A DNA stretch of 64,000 nt from Octopus sinensis (Eukaryota). Location of the stretch: NCBI RefSeq assembly GCF_006345805.1, contig NC_043001.1:104904001-104968000 (forward strand), in the 5' to 3' direction. Each line of letters starts with the position of its first letter. Position 1 is the first letter of the stretch. The position numbers and the translations under genes are program-made. Positions 39,441 to 52,762 of this stretch are shown piece by piece. The notes under the pieces were generated by a model that saw only the letters and a program-made list of their open reading frames with translations, did not search any database and was not told the DNA's origin.

Positions 39441-40839
39441 TAAGCCATTTGATTTAAGCCTGGCGACGAGTTGTTTCTATTTCAGAAATGAGCTTGGCTT
39501 AATAAGTGGGCAAGTGGGTTATTTGGAGAAACAGTCCTAATAACTGTGTCCTCTGTACCACAAGACCCACATCACTTCTTGTTCCTTTGTCTGTATGTGT
39601 GTGGTGTGATGTGTGTATATAACAATGTATATAACAATGTTCATACATGCACACGTATAACCTAATGATATTAAATTTTGCTTCACAAACAGGAAATCTC
39701 ACAATCATCTACTTAAAGTTATGCAGCTGTGTTTTACAAGTATCGAGTCGACTATTATTTGTCCTATTCGATCTCTTCCGTTAGATTTCGATAGTTCCCC
39801 CACCCTATCACATATTTGTAAAATATAAGACACTTCTGAGACCAATTCTAATCATATTCAGTTTCTTACATCATTCGGTTTGGTTCGTGCTCAAGTTTAT
39901 ACTTATGGTAAATATCGAAGCAGACGAGAGTTATAAATATATTCTGCAATAATAACGAATTTATTTTCTGACAAGTTAGTTATTAACTATAACATATACT
40001 TGCATTTTTATGAATATTATCCCACTTGTAGAAATCACGAAAATTACACGTGGTTACACACAGCTATAGTTTCGGCTCTTGTAAATGTATGAAAAAGAAA
40101 ATGATGCTTACAGAAGACTTGTTCCATTATTCTCATGGTTGTTTGCTTTGTTTGTTATTTGCTTCTTTTCAAGATTAACTTCATTCTAGATATAGGACTT
40201 TTATATGAAAGTAAACACGAAACAAAACCCCAAATGAGTATTTTCAGGAAAATAACTATTATTGAAAGGAAAAATTTTAATATAAGTCATTTTTATAAAT
40301 CCCATGTGAAAAAGAAGCCAGAAAAATCAGATGAAATTCTATTATGGCTGTAGTAGATGAATTCCAATGGAAGTCGGCGCAAATTTTATGCAGTCAGAAA
40401 GAAGATTTATTAGAGACCAGCAACCATGTCTTGCGTCCGGCTATTTTCTTTTCTTTCCTTCATATGTTCTTGATGTGTATGTTGTTTACAGACGTATTGT
40501 TTTTATTGCATAAATCTCATTACCTGTCAAATATCTCATATGTTGTTGCGACATTACGCAGAAACAGCGGTGATGTTATTGAAATTGTCAAAACCACAGA
40601 ACAACACAGTCGCTCAAGGACACGGACACACACACACACACATACACATACAGACAAACACACGAACAAAATGAGTTATAGCGGTGCCTTGTGACATAGG
40701 GCGTGTGTCAGACATTTTTACACCTGCTGGTGTTCATCTCTCTCCAGCTCTGACGACAGCCAATTTCTTCTGAAAGGAGAGAGAAACAGAAAGACAGGAA
40801 GAAAGGATGAAAGCTATAAATAAGCCACAGCACAGGTCT

Positions 40840-41030
40840 GACACAAAGCCAGCAATTTTAGGGGGTGCGGTTGGGAGGGGGTTAAGTCGATTCCATTGAT
40901 CCTAATACTTGATCGGTACTTATTTTATCGACACGATTAAATGAAATCGATCTTGGTGGAATTTGAACTTAGAACGTAAAGACGGACGAAATGCTGCTTA
41001 TGCATTTTGTCGGGGTTGCTAACGATTCAG
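40840..41030 (-). mobile_element. SINE family B, degenerate
   Basis: ggaatttgaacttagaacgtaaagacggacgaaatgc. Confidence 0.7.
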
Positions 41031-41784
41031 CGTGTTGGATTTTGTTTATTGACCCCAAAGTGACGACTGGCAAAGTTGGACTGGGTCCTTTTTGGACATA
41101 ACGTGCAGAGGAGTTGGAACGAGCATGCAATGCAATTTATCCCCTGAGCAATCTGTCAAGGTATCTGTCGCTTTCTGACAAGTTTGTGCTGAAGCCATTT
41201 GCAGAGGAAACCTCCGACGTTCTCGACCTTCGAACGCCATCCAAGCTCATCACTATCGGGGCGGAGGTGGCTATCTGCAAGTGGGTGATGCGTAAATCGG
41301 AGTGCCTGTTCCAGCGCCTGTCCCTCGCCGTCCTCCGGAAAAACGCCATTTCCCTTTTGCCTGCTGCGACTACGAGGCAAAAGGACAAGTCTTTTTAGAT
41401 TATTTCTTTGCTTTGAAGAAAAAGGAAAGATATGAGGATCCAACCACGGCCGTCCATCAAATTTAGAAAACTATTTCATTAAACGTTATTAGACAAATGC
41501 CAAAACTAAACAGAACTATTCCAGTTCGTGTCCGATGATTTTTTTAGTCCGTATGAGCACATGTGCCTTTTGGTACATTGAATATGTTGTCGTATTGTGT
41601 GAGCATGTGATTGTATTTGGAGAAGTGGTGACGTCGTATGTGTTTATGGTAGAGCGTTTTCATATGTGCTCATATACATATGAACTATTTCCATTTTCGT
41701 TGTATGTGTATGAACGTAACTTGTTTGCACGTGATGTGAGTTATTGTCTCCGTCCCTAACTACACGTGAATGAGGACATATTTT

Positions 41785-42185
41785 CTATAAACACACAGAT
41801 GGTTCCGGGTTCAGTCCCACTGCATGGCACCTTGGGTAAGTGTCTTCTACTATAGCCTCGGGCCGACCAAAGCCTTGTGAGTGAATTTGGTAGACGGAAA
41901 CTGAAAGAAGCCCGTCGTATATATATGTATATATATATATATATGTGTGTATATGTGCGTGTTTGTCTGTGTTTGTCCCCCCACCTACCCACCCAACATC
42001 GCTTGACAATCGATGCTGGTGTTTTACGTCCCCGTAACTTAGCGGTTCGGCAAAAAAGAGACCGATAAAATAAGTACTAGGCTTACAAAGAATAAGTCCT
42101 GGGGTCGATTTGATCGACTAAAGGCGGTGCTCCAGCATGGTCACAGTCACATGACTGAAACAAGTAAAAGAGTAAAGAGTAAAAG
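41785..42185 (+). mobile_element. SINE family A, 5'-truncated
   Basis: ggttccgggttcagtcccactgc...aaggcggtgctccagcatggtcacagtcacatgactgaaacaagtaaaagagtaaagag. Confidence 0.92.
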
Positions 42186-42469
42186 AGAGATATACATTTA
42201 CACTTCTATCAGTTGTTTACCGATGTCACGTTATTCACTCAGTAAGTGGGAAGTATATATTTCTTACCTCATACGTAACAATTAGTAATGAGAACGCAAC
42301 TAGAAACCAAATACAACCGGATATAGCAAGACGATCTGCCACATCATTCACTAAGATATGAGGTGGGCGAAGAAAGCTTAGAAATAAAGAAACAATCCAG
42401 ATCATTTCAATGGAAGTTTTTCATGTCTCTGTTCTGAAGTAACGAACACTTATTTAATACGTTCTTATT

Positions 42470-43070
42470 TCTTAATTTGCCCACAAGGGGGCTAAACATA
42501 GAGGAGACAAACAAGGACAGACAAAAGGATTAAGTCGATTACATCGACCCCAGTGCGTAACCAGTACTTATTTAATCGACCCCGAAAGGATGAAAGGCAA
42601 AGTCTACCTAGGCGGAATTTGAACTCAGAACGTAGCGGCAGACGAAATACCTAGTTCTTTACTACCCACAAGGGGCTAAACACAGAGGGGACAAACAAGG
42701 ACAGACAAAAGGATTAAGTCGATTACATCGACCCCAGTGCGTAACCAGTACTTATTTAATCGACCCCGAAAGGATGAAAGGCAAAGTCTACCTAGGCGGA
42801 ATTTGAACTCAGAACGTAGCGGCAGACGAAATACCTAGTTCTTTACTACCCACAAGGGACTAAACACAGAGGGGACAAACAAGGACAGACAAAGAGATTA
42901 AGTCGATTACATCGGCCCCAGTGCGAAACTGGTACTTAATTTATCGACCCCGAAAGGATGAAAGGCAAAGTCGACCTCGGCGGAATTTGAACTCAGAACG
43001 TAGTGGCAGACGAAACACCGCTAAGCATTTCGCCCGGCGTGCTAACGGTTCTGCCAGCTCACCGCCCCAT
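42470..43070 (-). mobile_element. SINE family B head followed by three tandem ~185-bp body units
   Basis: ccacaagg recurs at 42481, 42666 and 42850; a single head ends at ~43067. Confidence 0.92.
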
Positions 43071-43629
43071 GAACAATTATCACTTCCACTCACGTCTAGG
43101 AGTAAAGCATTTCTAGCTTGTAGTCGAGAGTTTGTTTATTGCGTTATTCTACTCTATCAATATAGAATTCTGAATCTAACTCATAAGGTTTGCTTCAGAA
43201 ATTATTTTCTGAAGATTACGAAATTAAATTTGATATGAAATACAGTAATTTAAGATGAGATAATAGAATTTACGAGGAAATATTACTTTACAATGGCTTA
43301 TATGATTTAAACAAGGATAAGGTAATTTAAGTTTGCAAGGAATAACGAAGTAGCAGAAATGGTTATGGTGAATCTGTAGAAATGTTCTGCCATTATGGTA
43401 TCTCTCCTTGATGTTCTCAGTTCAAAAGTCACAGGTATTAATCTTCATATTCGATATAATTACAACTTGAGACTAATTCAAACTATCTTACCTGACATCT
43501 ACGAAACAGGACAAGTGGTTAGTTTTTGTTGCGGTTCTTTAACCACTGGTCACTTATTAAGCAGACTTATGAAAAGAATCATTCCAACTGTGATCAACCA
43601 GCTGAAACAAATTCAGGCTACGCCTTTCA

Positions 43630-43990
43630 GTATTGGTTTCAATTTTTGGCACAAGGCCAGCAATATCAGGGAGGTGTAAAGCTGATTCCGCTAAGTATTT
43701 TGCCTGGCGTGCTAACGATTCTGCCAGCTCTTAAGGGCAGTTATAATATAAACATGCTCAAGAAAGGCAGCGAACCGTTAGAACCGCTAGACACGTCGGA
43801 CAAATTGCTTGATGGCATTTCATTCTTCTTTAGGTCTTTAGTTCAAATTCCGCGGACGTCTGCTTTGCTTTTTCAACCCTTCAGGGCCGATAAAATAAAT
43901 ATTAGTTGAGCTCTGGAATCCATGTAATCGAATTACCCCACCATCGAAATTGCTGGCCTTGTGTCAAAATTTGAAATCAATATTAATATG
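43630..43990. mobile_element. Degenerate SINE family B copies
   Basis: ctggcgtgctaacgattctgccagctc (minus head) and aggcagcgaaccgttagaac..agttcaaattccgcgg (plus). Confidence 0.65.
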
Positions 43991-44781
43991 TCCTCGACGA
44001 GCCAGAAAGAAAGACTCTACATGGGCCTTCCACCCGCTTGAAATAGCAGTTATATTGCCTGTAAATCACTTGAAAAACAAAGCAAAAATGGACAAATTTG
44101 AGAATAAAGTCAAAGCTAAACTTAAAAGAAAGGACAGGATGGTAGACGCCAAGACACCTTTGATTGGATATCTGTTGAATTAGATCTTAGCTGGGACTAA
44201 ACACCGATCATAGCAATAATACGTTTTGGAAATGAAATCTTTTTACCAATTCCATTTCTCCAGAGCGAATACTTTTAGGAAATATCATTCTGTCGCCTCC
44301 TCCTTTTCAAGTAAACTTTACTAGATTTCGCTGTCACCTGAAAATTGCCTTCGGAACAATACCAAATCATGCTTCCTTTTCCATTATTTGTCGTGACTGC
44401 CTGAAAACAAAATGGGAATTCCTGCTGAGTAAACACATCGATACAGGTTTCGATTCCAATTTGATATAAGTTATTTAATTATGTCGCTAATATCATAATG
44501 TCAGTGCAGAAGATGCGTAAGACACAACTTCGCAATTCCTGTTTTGTCTGAAAGACATCGTTGGCATCTGCCTCAAAGGGAATCTGATCAAACGATAGAA
44601 GCGTTACCACATCTTACGACAAAATATAAGAAATGGCGTGACTCAAGTCCTCACTTTTATACATATGTATGTACATTTATTTTGCTTTCCGTTCACAATA
44701 TTTTACACCACCTCCGCCATACTTTCCTTTGTGTGTTCAACTCTTCTATTTTCTCTCTCTCTTTCTTTCTCACTCATTGTC

Positions 44782-44850
<69 letters not shown>

Positions 44851-45269
44851 ATAAGTTATTAAGCTTCTCTCAGTTAAAATATAGTTTTTTTCCTTCACTG
44901 CATTTTCCCTCCATTCTGCTTCCATTTCTCTTTATTTCCAGCTCTCTTACCTCTACTTGGAGTTGTATTGACTCAGCTGCTGGTTCATACACAAAACAAT
45001 CTTCAGTACATATTTCTCGAACTTCATAATCTCATCATAGATTGTATACATAATAACAATGTACAGGTTAGAGGAAAAAAAGCATTAGCTGTCTTTCTCG
45101 TTAATGAAGCTATTTACAAAACGTAATATATTCATAGAGTTATCTTATGCTGCAGGTTAATACTATCACGTATGAAAATATAATTATGCAAATTTTACAA
45201 TTCTATGCTAATTTTATAATGAAGTTGTACACAAATACATTCACGAACACACACACACATGTATTGTTC

Positions 45270-45450
45270 CTTTTGTTCTTTTATTATTTTATTTGTTTCA
45301 GTCATTTGACTGCAGCCATGCTGGAGCACTGCCTTTAGTCGAACAAATTGATCCCAGAACTTGTCTTTTGTAAGCCTAGTACGACATATCCTAGCGGATG
45401 TCAAGCGATGGTGGGGGCGACAAACACAGACACACAAATACATACATACA
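45270..45450 (-). mobile_element. SINE family A, 3' part
   Basis: ttgtttcagtcatttgactgcagccatgctggagcactgcctttagtcg. Confidence 0.8.
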
Positions 45451-45754
45451 TACTTATACATGTGTGTGTGTGAGTGTGTGTGGGTGGTTGGGTGAGTGGA
45501 CAAATGAAAGAAGGGCACTCAACAAATACATTGGAAGTTACATGTATGGATCAAAACACTTTCATTCAAATTCGCTGGTTTCAACGAATTTGAACTGCTT
45601 TGATCAATATATATATATATATATATATATATGTTTAAGTAGTAAAAAATATACGACAAAAAAGAAAACACAGAAATTTGAGGTTGAACAAAAAATATAC
45701 ACATACTAGTGGGACCTGTGGAAATTCCTAAGAAAGAAAAAGAGAAGCTATTTA

Positions 45755-45833
45755 AGAAAGGACGCAACGCACCACCGGGATTCGAACTCGCGATAGTGCG
45801 TCGAATACCGTTACCACTAATCCACATACCTTC
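45755..45833 (-). mobile_element. Isolated tRNA-like SINE head (family C-like)
   Basis: ggtatgtggattagtggtaacggtattcg..gagttcgaatcccggtggtgcgttgcgtcc has A and B boxes but no complete cloverleaf. Confidence 0.55.
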
Positions 45834-47219
45834 ACTTTTGAAGGGAAGTATATTCAATGAGAAAGTATACGACTGGTAACTCGTAGTATCAGTGTGCGGT
45901 TGTAATTTTTTTAATGTGATTTCATTACCGTGCAAGTCACATTTTTTACCCAGCAGTCATTCACCTCCATGTATTCAAATTGATAGGGTGTACAAAGGCC
46001 ATTAGTACATTCCAGTCTGCTACGATTAACTTTCAAAGAAAAAATTTATAATATATCACCTAGAATGGAACTTGAGAAGAGACGAATGTGATCTGTGCAA
46101 GCCGACCATATACATTACATATTGATTACTTTGAAGCAAGCAAAAGGTTAATTGTCTTACTGAAACTGTGTAAAGTCGATTCAATCGTCCACAGTATATT
46201 ATGTAGATATATTTTATCGACTATAGCTTAAAGAAAGGAAATTGACACCCGCCATTACTTTGAAATACTTCTTAATGCAGCTATCGTCGCCTTTTCTTTT
46301 TATGCTCTGCATCTATCATGTATTGACTTGTAGATGCAATAGTGTTAAAAATCAGTCGATTTTATTCAAAACCAGAGATGTTTCGATCAAGCCACACATT
46401 GTTTAATTTGCACTGAATATTCTTTGTGCTTCTTTCTGCCGAAGTGCAAATTTATAGTCATAATAATAATGCTTGTTTTAGCTATGGTGAGGGAGCGTTT
46501 CCTTTAATCTAAACTTTAAATAAAGTAACAATTTCCATTCAAATGAATCTAATAAATATCACATGATTAAATGAAACAAAAACCCCTTCACTATATAGGT
46601 TTCCTGGTTCTATAGAATTTTCACAAATATATATCTATATACACAGCGATGGTACTACTACTACTACTACTACTAAAATTAATAATGAAACCCTTTATTG
46701 ATTTTAATTCTTTTTATTTTTATTCATTATATTTGATAATAATAATGACTTCAAATGATGATGATGATGATGATGATGATTTCTGACATCAATAATAATT
46801 TTCTCGTATAACGATAATATATATTTTTTTGCCTTAGTGCAAGGTCAGTGTTTGTTGTTATATTAATATCATTGCTCCCGATCGATAACATTTTTTCAAC
46901 AAAGACCCTATACGAAATGCACTGGCAAACAATGATAACAATAGGAATGAGTGTATTGAAACAGTCATAGTATTCACACAGAATATATTAAAAACTGTTA
47001 CTAAAATGTTGCTATTGTAATATTATTTGTTGGGTTTTATTTTGAATATTTGGGAAAAGTTCGATGAAATATTTCCGCATTTTTTCCCTTTAATTTACAA
47101 GTCAACTGACTTTATTTCTTCACATGCAAATTAATTCTGATAGCTGCTTGTACATTTTCAAATTTCTACATCATTAGAACGAAACACTGATGACTGTGAT
47201 TAGGTTAAAAAGCTTGTAC

Positions 47220-48080
47220 CCCGTCGGTTGCGACGATGAGCGTTCAAGTTGATCCGATCAATGGAACAGCCTGCTCGTGAAATTGAATTGCAAATGGCTG
47301 AGTACACCGTTGGCATGCGTAATCCTTAACGTAGTTCTGAAGGAGAACAGAATATGACAGGATTGACCTTTTTAATTACTAGTACTGCTTATGTTTGCCA
47401 GCTGAGTGGACGAGAAGAACGTGGCAGAATTGTTCGCACGCCGGACAAAATGCTTAGCGGCATTTCGTTCGACTTTGTATGGCATGTGCCTTCATCTAAT
47501 TGCGTTAGAATGTTCATGTTTCCGTTGACCAAGTTAAATACTTTGCACAAATTCCCGGGAAAAAAAGGAAACAGCAGTTGAACTTCATCTTCCCCTTCTG
47601 GGGTATTCGCTGGCGTTGGAAAGACCCCAGATAGTCACACCTATACGGAGAAAGTGTTGGAAATGTTTAATTGGGGAGATACGAAAGGCGTAGAATAACA
47701 AAATGAGTCTTTCTGTATGCTGAGTTTGAGCAAAGTCTAGCTTTATTTATTTTCTACCATATTGAGATATGTCTACGTTCTGAGTTCAAATTCCACCGAG
47801 GTCGACTTTGCCTCTCATCCTTTCGGGGCGGATAAATTAAGTAGCAGCTGAGTACTGGGATCGATCTAGTCAACTGGCCCCCTCCCCCAAAATAAGGCAG
47901 CGAGCTGACGAAATGCTTAGCTGTGTTTCGTCTGTCTTTACGTTATGAGTTCAAATTCTGCCGAGGTCGACTTTGCCTTTCATCCTTTCGCGATCGATAA
48001 ATTAAGTACCAGTTGCGTACTAGGGTCGATGTAATCGACTGGCCCAACCTTCCCAAAAACTTCGGGCTTTGTGCCTAGAG
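47220..48080. mobile_element. SINE cluster (family C fragment and two or three family B copies)
   Basis: tacgttctgagttcaaattccaccgaggtcgac at ~47775 and ~47940; family C-like segment at 47220-47410. Confidence 0.75.
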
Positions 48081-48374
48081 TAGAAAAGAATATTTATTTA
48101 GTACCAAATAGTGCCATTCTCTCTGTTGTGCATACTTGCAAGTCTTGTGGTCTAAAATCTTTACCATTTGTCTGATATTCTTACCATTCAAAGACGCCTC
48201 GTATTTATACAGGTTGCTTTCGAGGTGTTTGGGACGACTATTTTATACTGCTCCCCATTTCAATGGGACAGAGTTCATTGAAACACCGGTCAAAGATGCA
48301 CAGCAAGACGCAGTGAACAGAGGGTTACGGAACTTTATCTTATATGAAGTTAAACATTAATGTTTGAGAAAATA

Positions 48375-48780
48375 GTAATAACGGTTTCAAATTTTGCTAC
48401 AAGGGCAGCAATTTTGTAGGAGGGGGATAGTCGATTACATCGACCCCAGTGTGTAACTGGTACTTATTCAATCGACCCCGAAACGATGAATGATAAAGTC
48501 GACATCAGTGGAATTTTAACTCAGGACGTAAAGAAAGACGAAATACCTATTTCTTTACTACCGACAAGGGGCTAAACACAGAGAGGACAAACAAGGACAG
48601 ACAGACGGATTAAGTCGATTATATCTACCCCAGTGCCTAACTGGTACTTATTTAATCGCCCCGAAAGGATGAAAGGCAAAGTCGACCTCGGCGGAATTGG
48701 AACTCAGAACGTAGCGGTAGACGAAATACGGCTACGCATTTCGCCCGGCGTGCTAACGGTTCTGCCAGCTCGCCGCCTTA
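48375..48780 (-). mobile_element. SINE family B head plus two tandem body units
   Basis: Junction gacgaaatacctatttctttactac at ~48537-48561; single head ending ctcgccgcc at ~48778. Confidence 0.9.
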
Positions 48781-50454
48781 GAAAGTATTAATATTGAATT
48801 CATATCTGCCAATACTAAGACTATGTATTTTTAACTTTTATCTTTTACTTGTTTCAGATATTAGACTGTGCCCATTCTGGAGCACCACCCTCAGGAACCT
48901 TTAGTCAAATGAATCGACCCCAGTACTTATTCCTTTTTTAAATTTGGTACTTATTCAAAAATGTAACATGCTAAAAGTTACAACGTTATTTTATCAGCAA
49001 CGCCATATTTACTGAATCCGTTTCGTTACTAAAACACAGACAGCTGCTCTTTGTGCCATGGGTCTTTGTACAGATTCGTTGTGGTGTTATATTTCCTGAT
49101 GTCTTGAAAGCACTTTGCATGGTGTGTCTGCAAGGCCTTCAGTCCTGTACGTTGTGTATAATTGTATGTCTTAGAGCTGGAGGTTTGTGTCTATTTGCTT
49201 GTCTTTGACCATTCCAGGACACCTATCATTATATAGATTTTTCCTGTTTGCAGTCCCCACCTTCAGATTATTTCTATTTCGAAATGTTTCTATTCGTATA
49301 ATTTCTGTATTTCTTCGAGCTATAAGTAATTGTTTGTTGGAACTGATGTTTCTATTTGGCGGCGTTTCCTTTCCTGGCGCCATCTTTACTCATCGATTAT
49401 AACCTAACGACAAATCATGTAGACTTATACTTACGTCACAAAAATCTCATTGCTGTTATCACGGTCATTATTAGAAACATTTGATTGGATAGCAGATAAT
49501 TTCTCACAGCGGGGGCAGTCCCTGCTGGTGAGAGTGGACCTAATGGCATTGAAAAGAGATCGGACACATTGTCATGTTTCACAATATTGAGATTATATAT
49601 ATATATATATATATATAAACAATATATATATATATATATATAAACACTATTTTATCTTCTCTTTGCTAAAAATTAGACGGAAGTAGGATAAGTCCCAAAT
49701 ACATATATGGCATCTTCTAAATAATGTATTTTTGTATTTGCTTCGATACGTAAAGTATTTGGGTTTTCTTTCAAGATTACAATTTGTTGCACTCAAAAGA
49801 TTCGGGATGAGAAAAAACAAAATATATTCCGCCACAATAGAAGCTCTCCGTTTTTGACTTTCCTTTTGACTTTGGTTATCGACGAAATATTCCCCAACTT
49901 TTAGAGACAAAAGAGCGAGCTTTCAAGGAAATTTGGTTGTTGTTTCCAGCAGATTGATTGACTGCGTGGAATTCAAGAGGGAAATCGAGAATATGTGATG
50001 CGCAAGTATTACTTGCTCTGCGACATTACTGGGTTAAAATAAGATGATACAGTCATAGGTATACTCGGCCAGAAAAACGAAAATCAAAAGAACAAGAGGG
50101 GATGGTTATGAGTGACATGTCTTTGATACGATATTTGATTAATTGATGATGAACGAGAAATAAGTATCTATGAGGATGCTCAATATGCTTGAAATAGCAA
50201 CCAAATTTCCGTTAAATGACGTTCCGTTGTCTTCAACAACAAACATAATATTAAATTATGCATTCCGGCACAAAGACAGAATGGTTTCGACTAAAATGCC
50301 TTTGATCATAGCTTCCCGTGATTCCAGCTTGACTTGAGATAAACAGCAACAACAACAGCAACAACAACAACGAAAGAAGCATTGTGTTGTATAGTTCCGG
50401 AAATGATGTGTTCGATAAGATAGGATTACGGCTACCAAATCGACCAGGTCAATG

Positions 50455-50456
50455 GG

Positions 50457-50488
<32 letters not shown>

Positions 50489-50625
50489 AACCACCACTAC
50501 TACTACTACTACTGCTATTACTACTACTTACACTACTGTTGCTACTGCTGCTGCTACTACTACTGCTGCTACTGTTCCTAATATTACTTACACTAATACT
50601 ACTACTACATCTACTTCTCCGTCAC
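50455..50625. repeat. (CTA)n/(CTG)n degenerate microsatellite
   Basis: Directly visible. Confidence 0.95.
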
Positions 50626-51296
50626 CAGTAACAACTGCTGCCTGCGTAGCTCTAAACTATTTCGAAGTTATTATTCTGCCATTACTCTCGTATTCATTAT
50701 TGGAAATACTAAAATGAGAAGCATTTTCGATGGCTTCTCCAACTAATTTGGTTAACAAGATTGCACTTGTGCATAAGTAATTGATATTGGACGTGCAATG
50801 CTCGAGTCAGATACCCTAAAGATACACCATAACTTTCATGTTATCGATATTGATCATATTTTAGCTTTATTTCCACATCCTTTTTTTTTTCGTATCAATT
50901 TGTGTGCATTTTGTTATATTTATGTTTTGCTTGTTTGATGTTTAGCTTTGCTATTTAATATTTTATGATAGCTTACACACAGAGATACATAGATACACAT
51001 GTGCATATGTGTGCGTGTTTGTGTGTTTTCTTAAAGCTTCTTTCGCGAATCACCTTATAGTAAGAGAATATACAGGAAATCAGAGTAAACTTCTGAAAAT
51101 GGTTTCTCCTGAAATCCCTTCATCTAAGTCTCAGACTGAAATGATATGATCTAGGGAATTTTTGACATGACAGCTTTTTCCAAACATTCCTGATAGATTG
51201 TTTACCACGTTCATTTAATTCTTCAAAAACTTGTGGTAATTACGACAAAGATAGAAGAAATTCGCCTGTTGAGTAAGGTTTAGAATAAGAAATTTG

Positions 51297-51714
51297 TGGA
51301 GTAAAGATTGTTTGCTAACATAACATGGCAGTCCTGGTTTAGGATGAATGCTGTTGTAATTTAGCCCCACGAGACATTGTCTCCAGCTGGCTATACGACA
51401 TGATATGTGTCCTTATATTTTCGAACAAAGGAATCCAGCACCCCCACTCAGTTCAAAACAATATCTGTGTATCGTGATTCCTGGGTTATTTCTCTTCCTC
51501 ATCACAAAGTAATTCTTCGGCTAAGATGAGCTGCGTACAAGGGAATCTAGCACCCTCACATTGTGTCTGTGTTTGTCTCTTGTTCGAAAATAAATATAAG
51601 GACACAGATCGTGTCGTATAACCAGCTGGAGACAATGTCGCTTGGGGCTAAATTAGTGCAACATTAGTCCTAAGCCAGGACTGCCATGTTATGTTGGCAA
51701 ACAATCTTTACTAC
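51297..51714. mobile_element. MITE with ~130-bp terminal inverted repeats
   Basis: agtaaagattgtttgctaacataacatggcagtcctgg...gtgtccttatatt..tcgaacaa (51300-51428) versus its inverted copy at 51579-51712. No clear TSD. Confidence 0.8.
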
Positions 51715-52324
51715 AAAGTACTGTTACTGAATATCTCTCGTTGTGAGAGTTACAAATAGCAATTTTCTAAGAAATTTGTGTTTGGTGTTTTTCCAATACT
51801 TTTGACAGAAATAAATACTTGGAGGGTGTTGAGATTCTACGAGCGGTCTGCAGCTTTATAAATTATCAAGATTAACAATGGTTCAAGGCAATATTCTACA
51901 CACCAACATTTCACTGTTAGTCAAAAATATGAAACAGACATTTCAGTGAAAAGTTCTGTTCCCCATCTTGTTTGGTTTGCAAATAACAGAAGATACATAT
52001 TTGATATTTTCCTGTATCATAAAATAGTATTGACATCACCTTGAAGACTCCCGAGGCGTTATCCTCAAGTAGAAAATTGAACAACATATTCTTGCCTTGG
52101 ACTCAGAAGCAGAACATTTTTTTTGTCTTGAAAGATGCAAGTTCAGGAGAGAATTTTCCATCTTTATTCTATACTGTCTTTAAGATGGTGAAGCAAGTTG
52201 CTCCTTGTGTTATGTGTGTATATATATGAATGCTACATATTTGTAATCTACAATAATTAATGAAACACGTTGCTAAGGTACTTCGTCATAGATCGATGTT
52301 TTTTTTGTTCTGTTCAGAAATTCG

Positions 52325-52762
52325 CTAAACCGCCTTTGGGCGGTGAATAAGGCAGTTGGCGTCATCTCCCCCAGCCGACTGCCTCTCTAGGCGTCCATCC
52401 CAACTACCAAGAGATCTACGAGAGTACAATGAGCATGGTCGACGAAGAGACTGCCATGCGATAGCAAATTTCTTGCTAGTTGACGCCCAACCGTTGTCTG
52501 ACGTTACAGATCTTATTCTTGGCCACAATAACCTTGAAGCCGTTAGTTTAGGACTAACCTCTGCCTTGTTAGTTATCCAATGTCCTGCTGCCAGCGTCTT
52601 CACCGTATCCCTCGCACAGGAGGCTAAGGGGTTGCCGAGGTTCCACACCAGTCTACGGATGGAAGGGGCGACGTATTCTTTGTTTTCAGGCATGCCGCTG
52701 ATGAGGGTGCTGTACCGATAACAAGGTACTTGCTTGATAACTAAAAGTTTGGTAAACCACAT
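52325..52762 (-). mobile_element. Retroviral-type (rve) integrase-like open frame, 145 codons, probably an LTR-retrotransposon/Ginger-type remnant
   Basis: RSVTSDNGWASTSKKF...WDGRLER resembles SDNGxxFTSxxF...NGxxER, with 36 residues between D and E. The first catalytic D is not evident; no LTRs seen. Confidence 0.45.

Noticed and set aside
40344-40694. 116-aa hydrophobic ORF
   Set aside because: AT-rich low-information sequence ending in a CA repeat; hydrophobicity is explained by T-richness.
42470-43070. Regular repeats as a CRISPR-like array or Helitron tandem
   Set aside because: The units are ~185-bp SINE bodies with no unique spacers; eukaryotic context; a tRNA-like head is present.
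45755-45833. Second tRNA gene
   Set aside because: It has A/B boxes but no consistent acceptor or anticodon stems, and it continues into SINE-like tgcgttgcgtcc.
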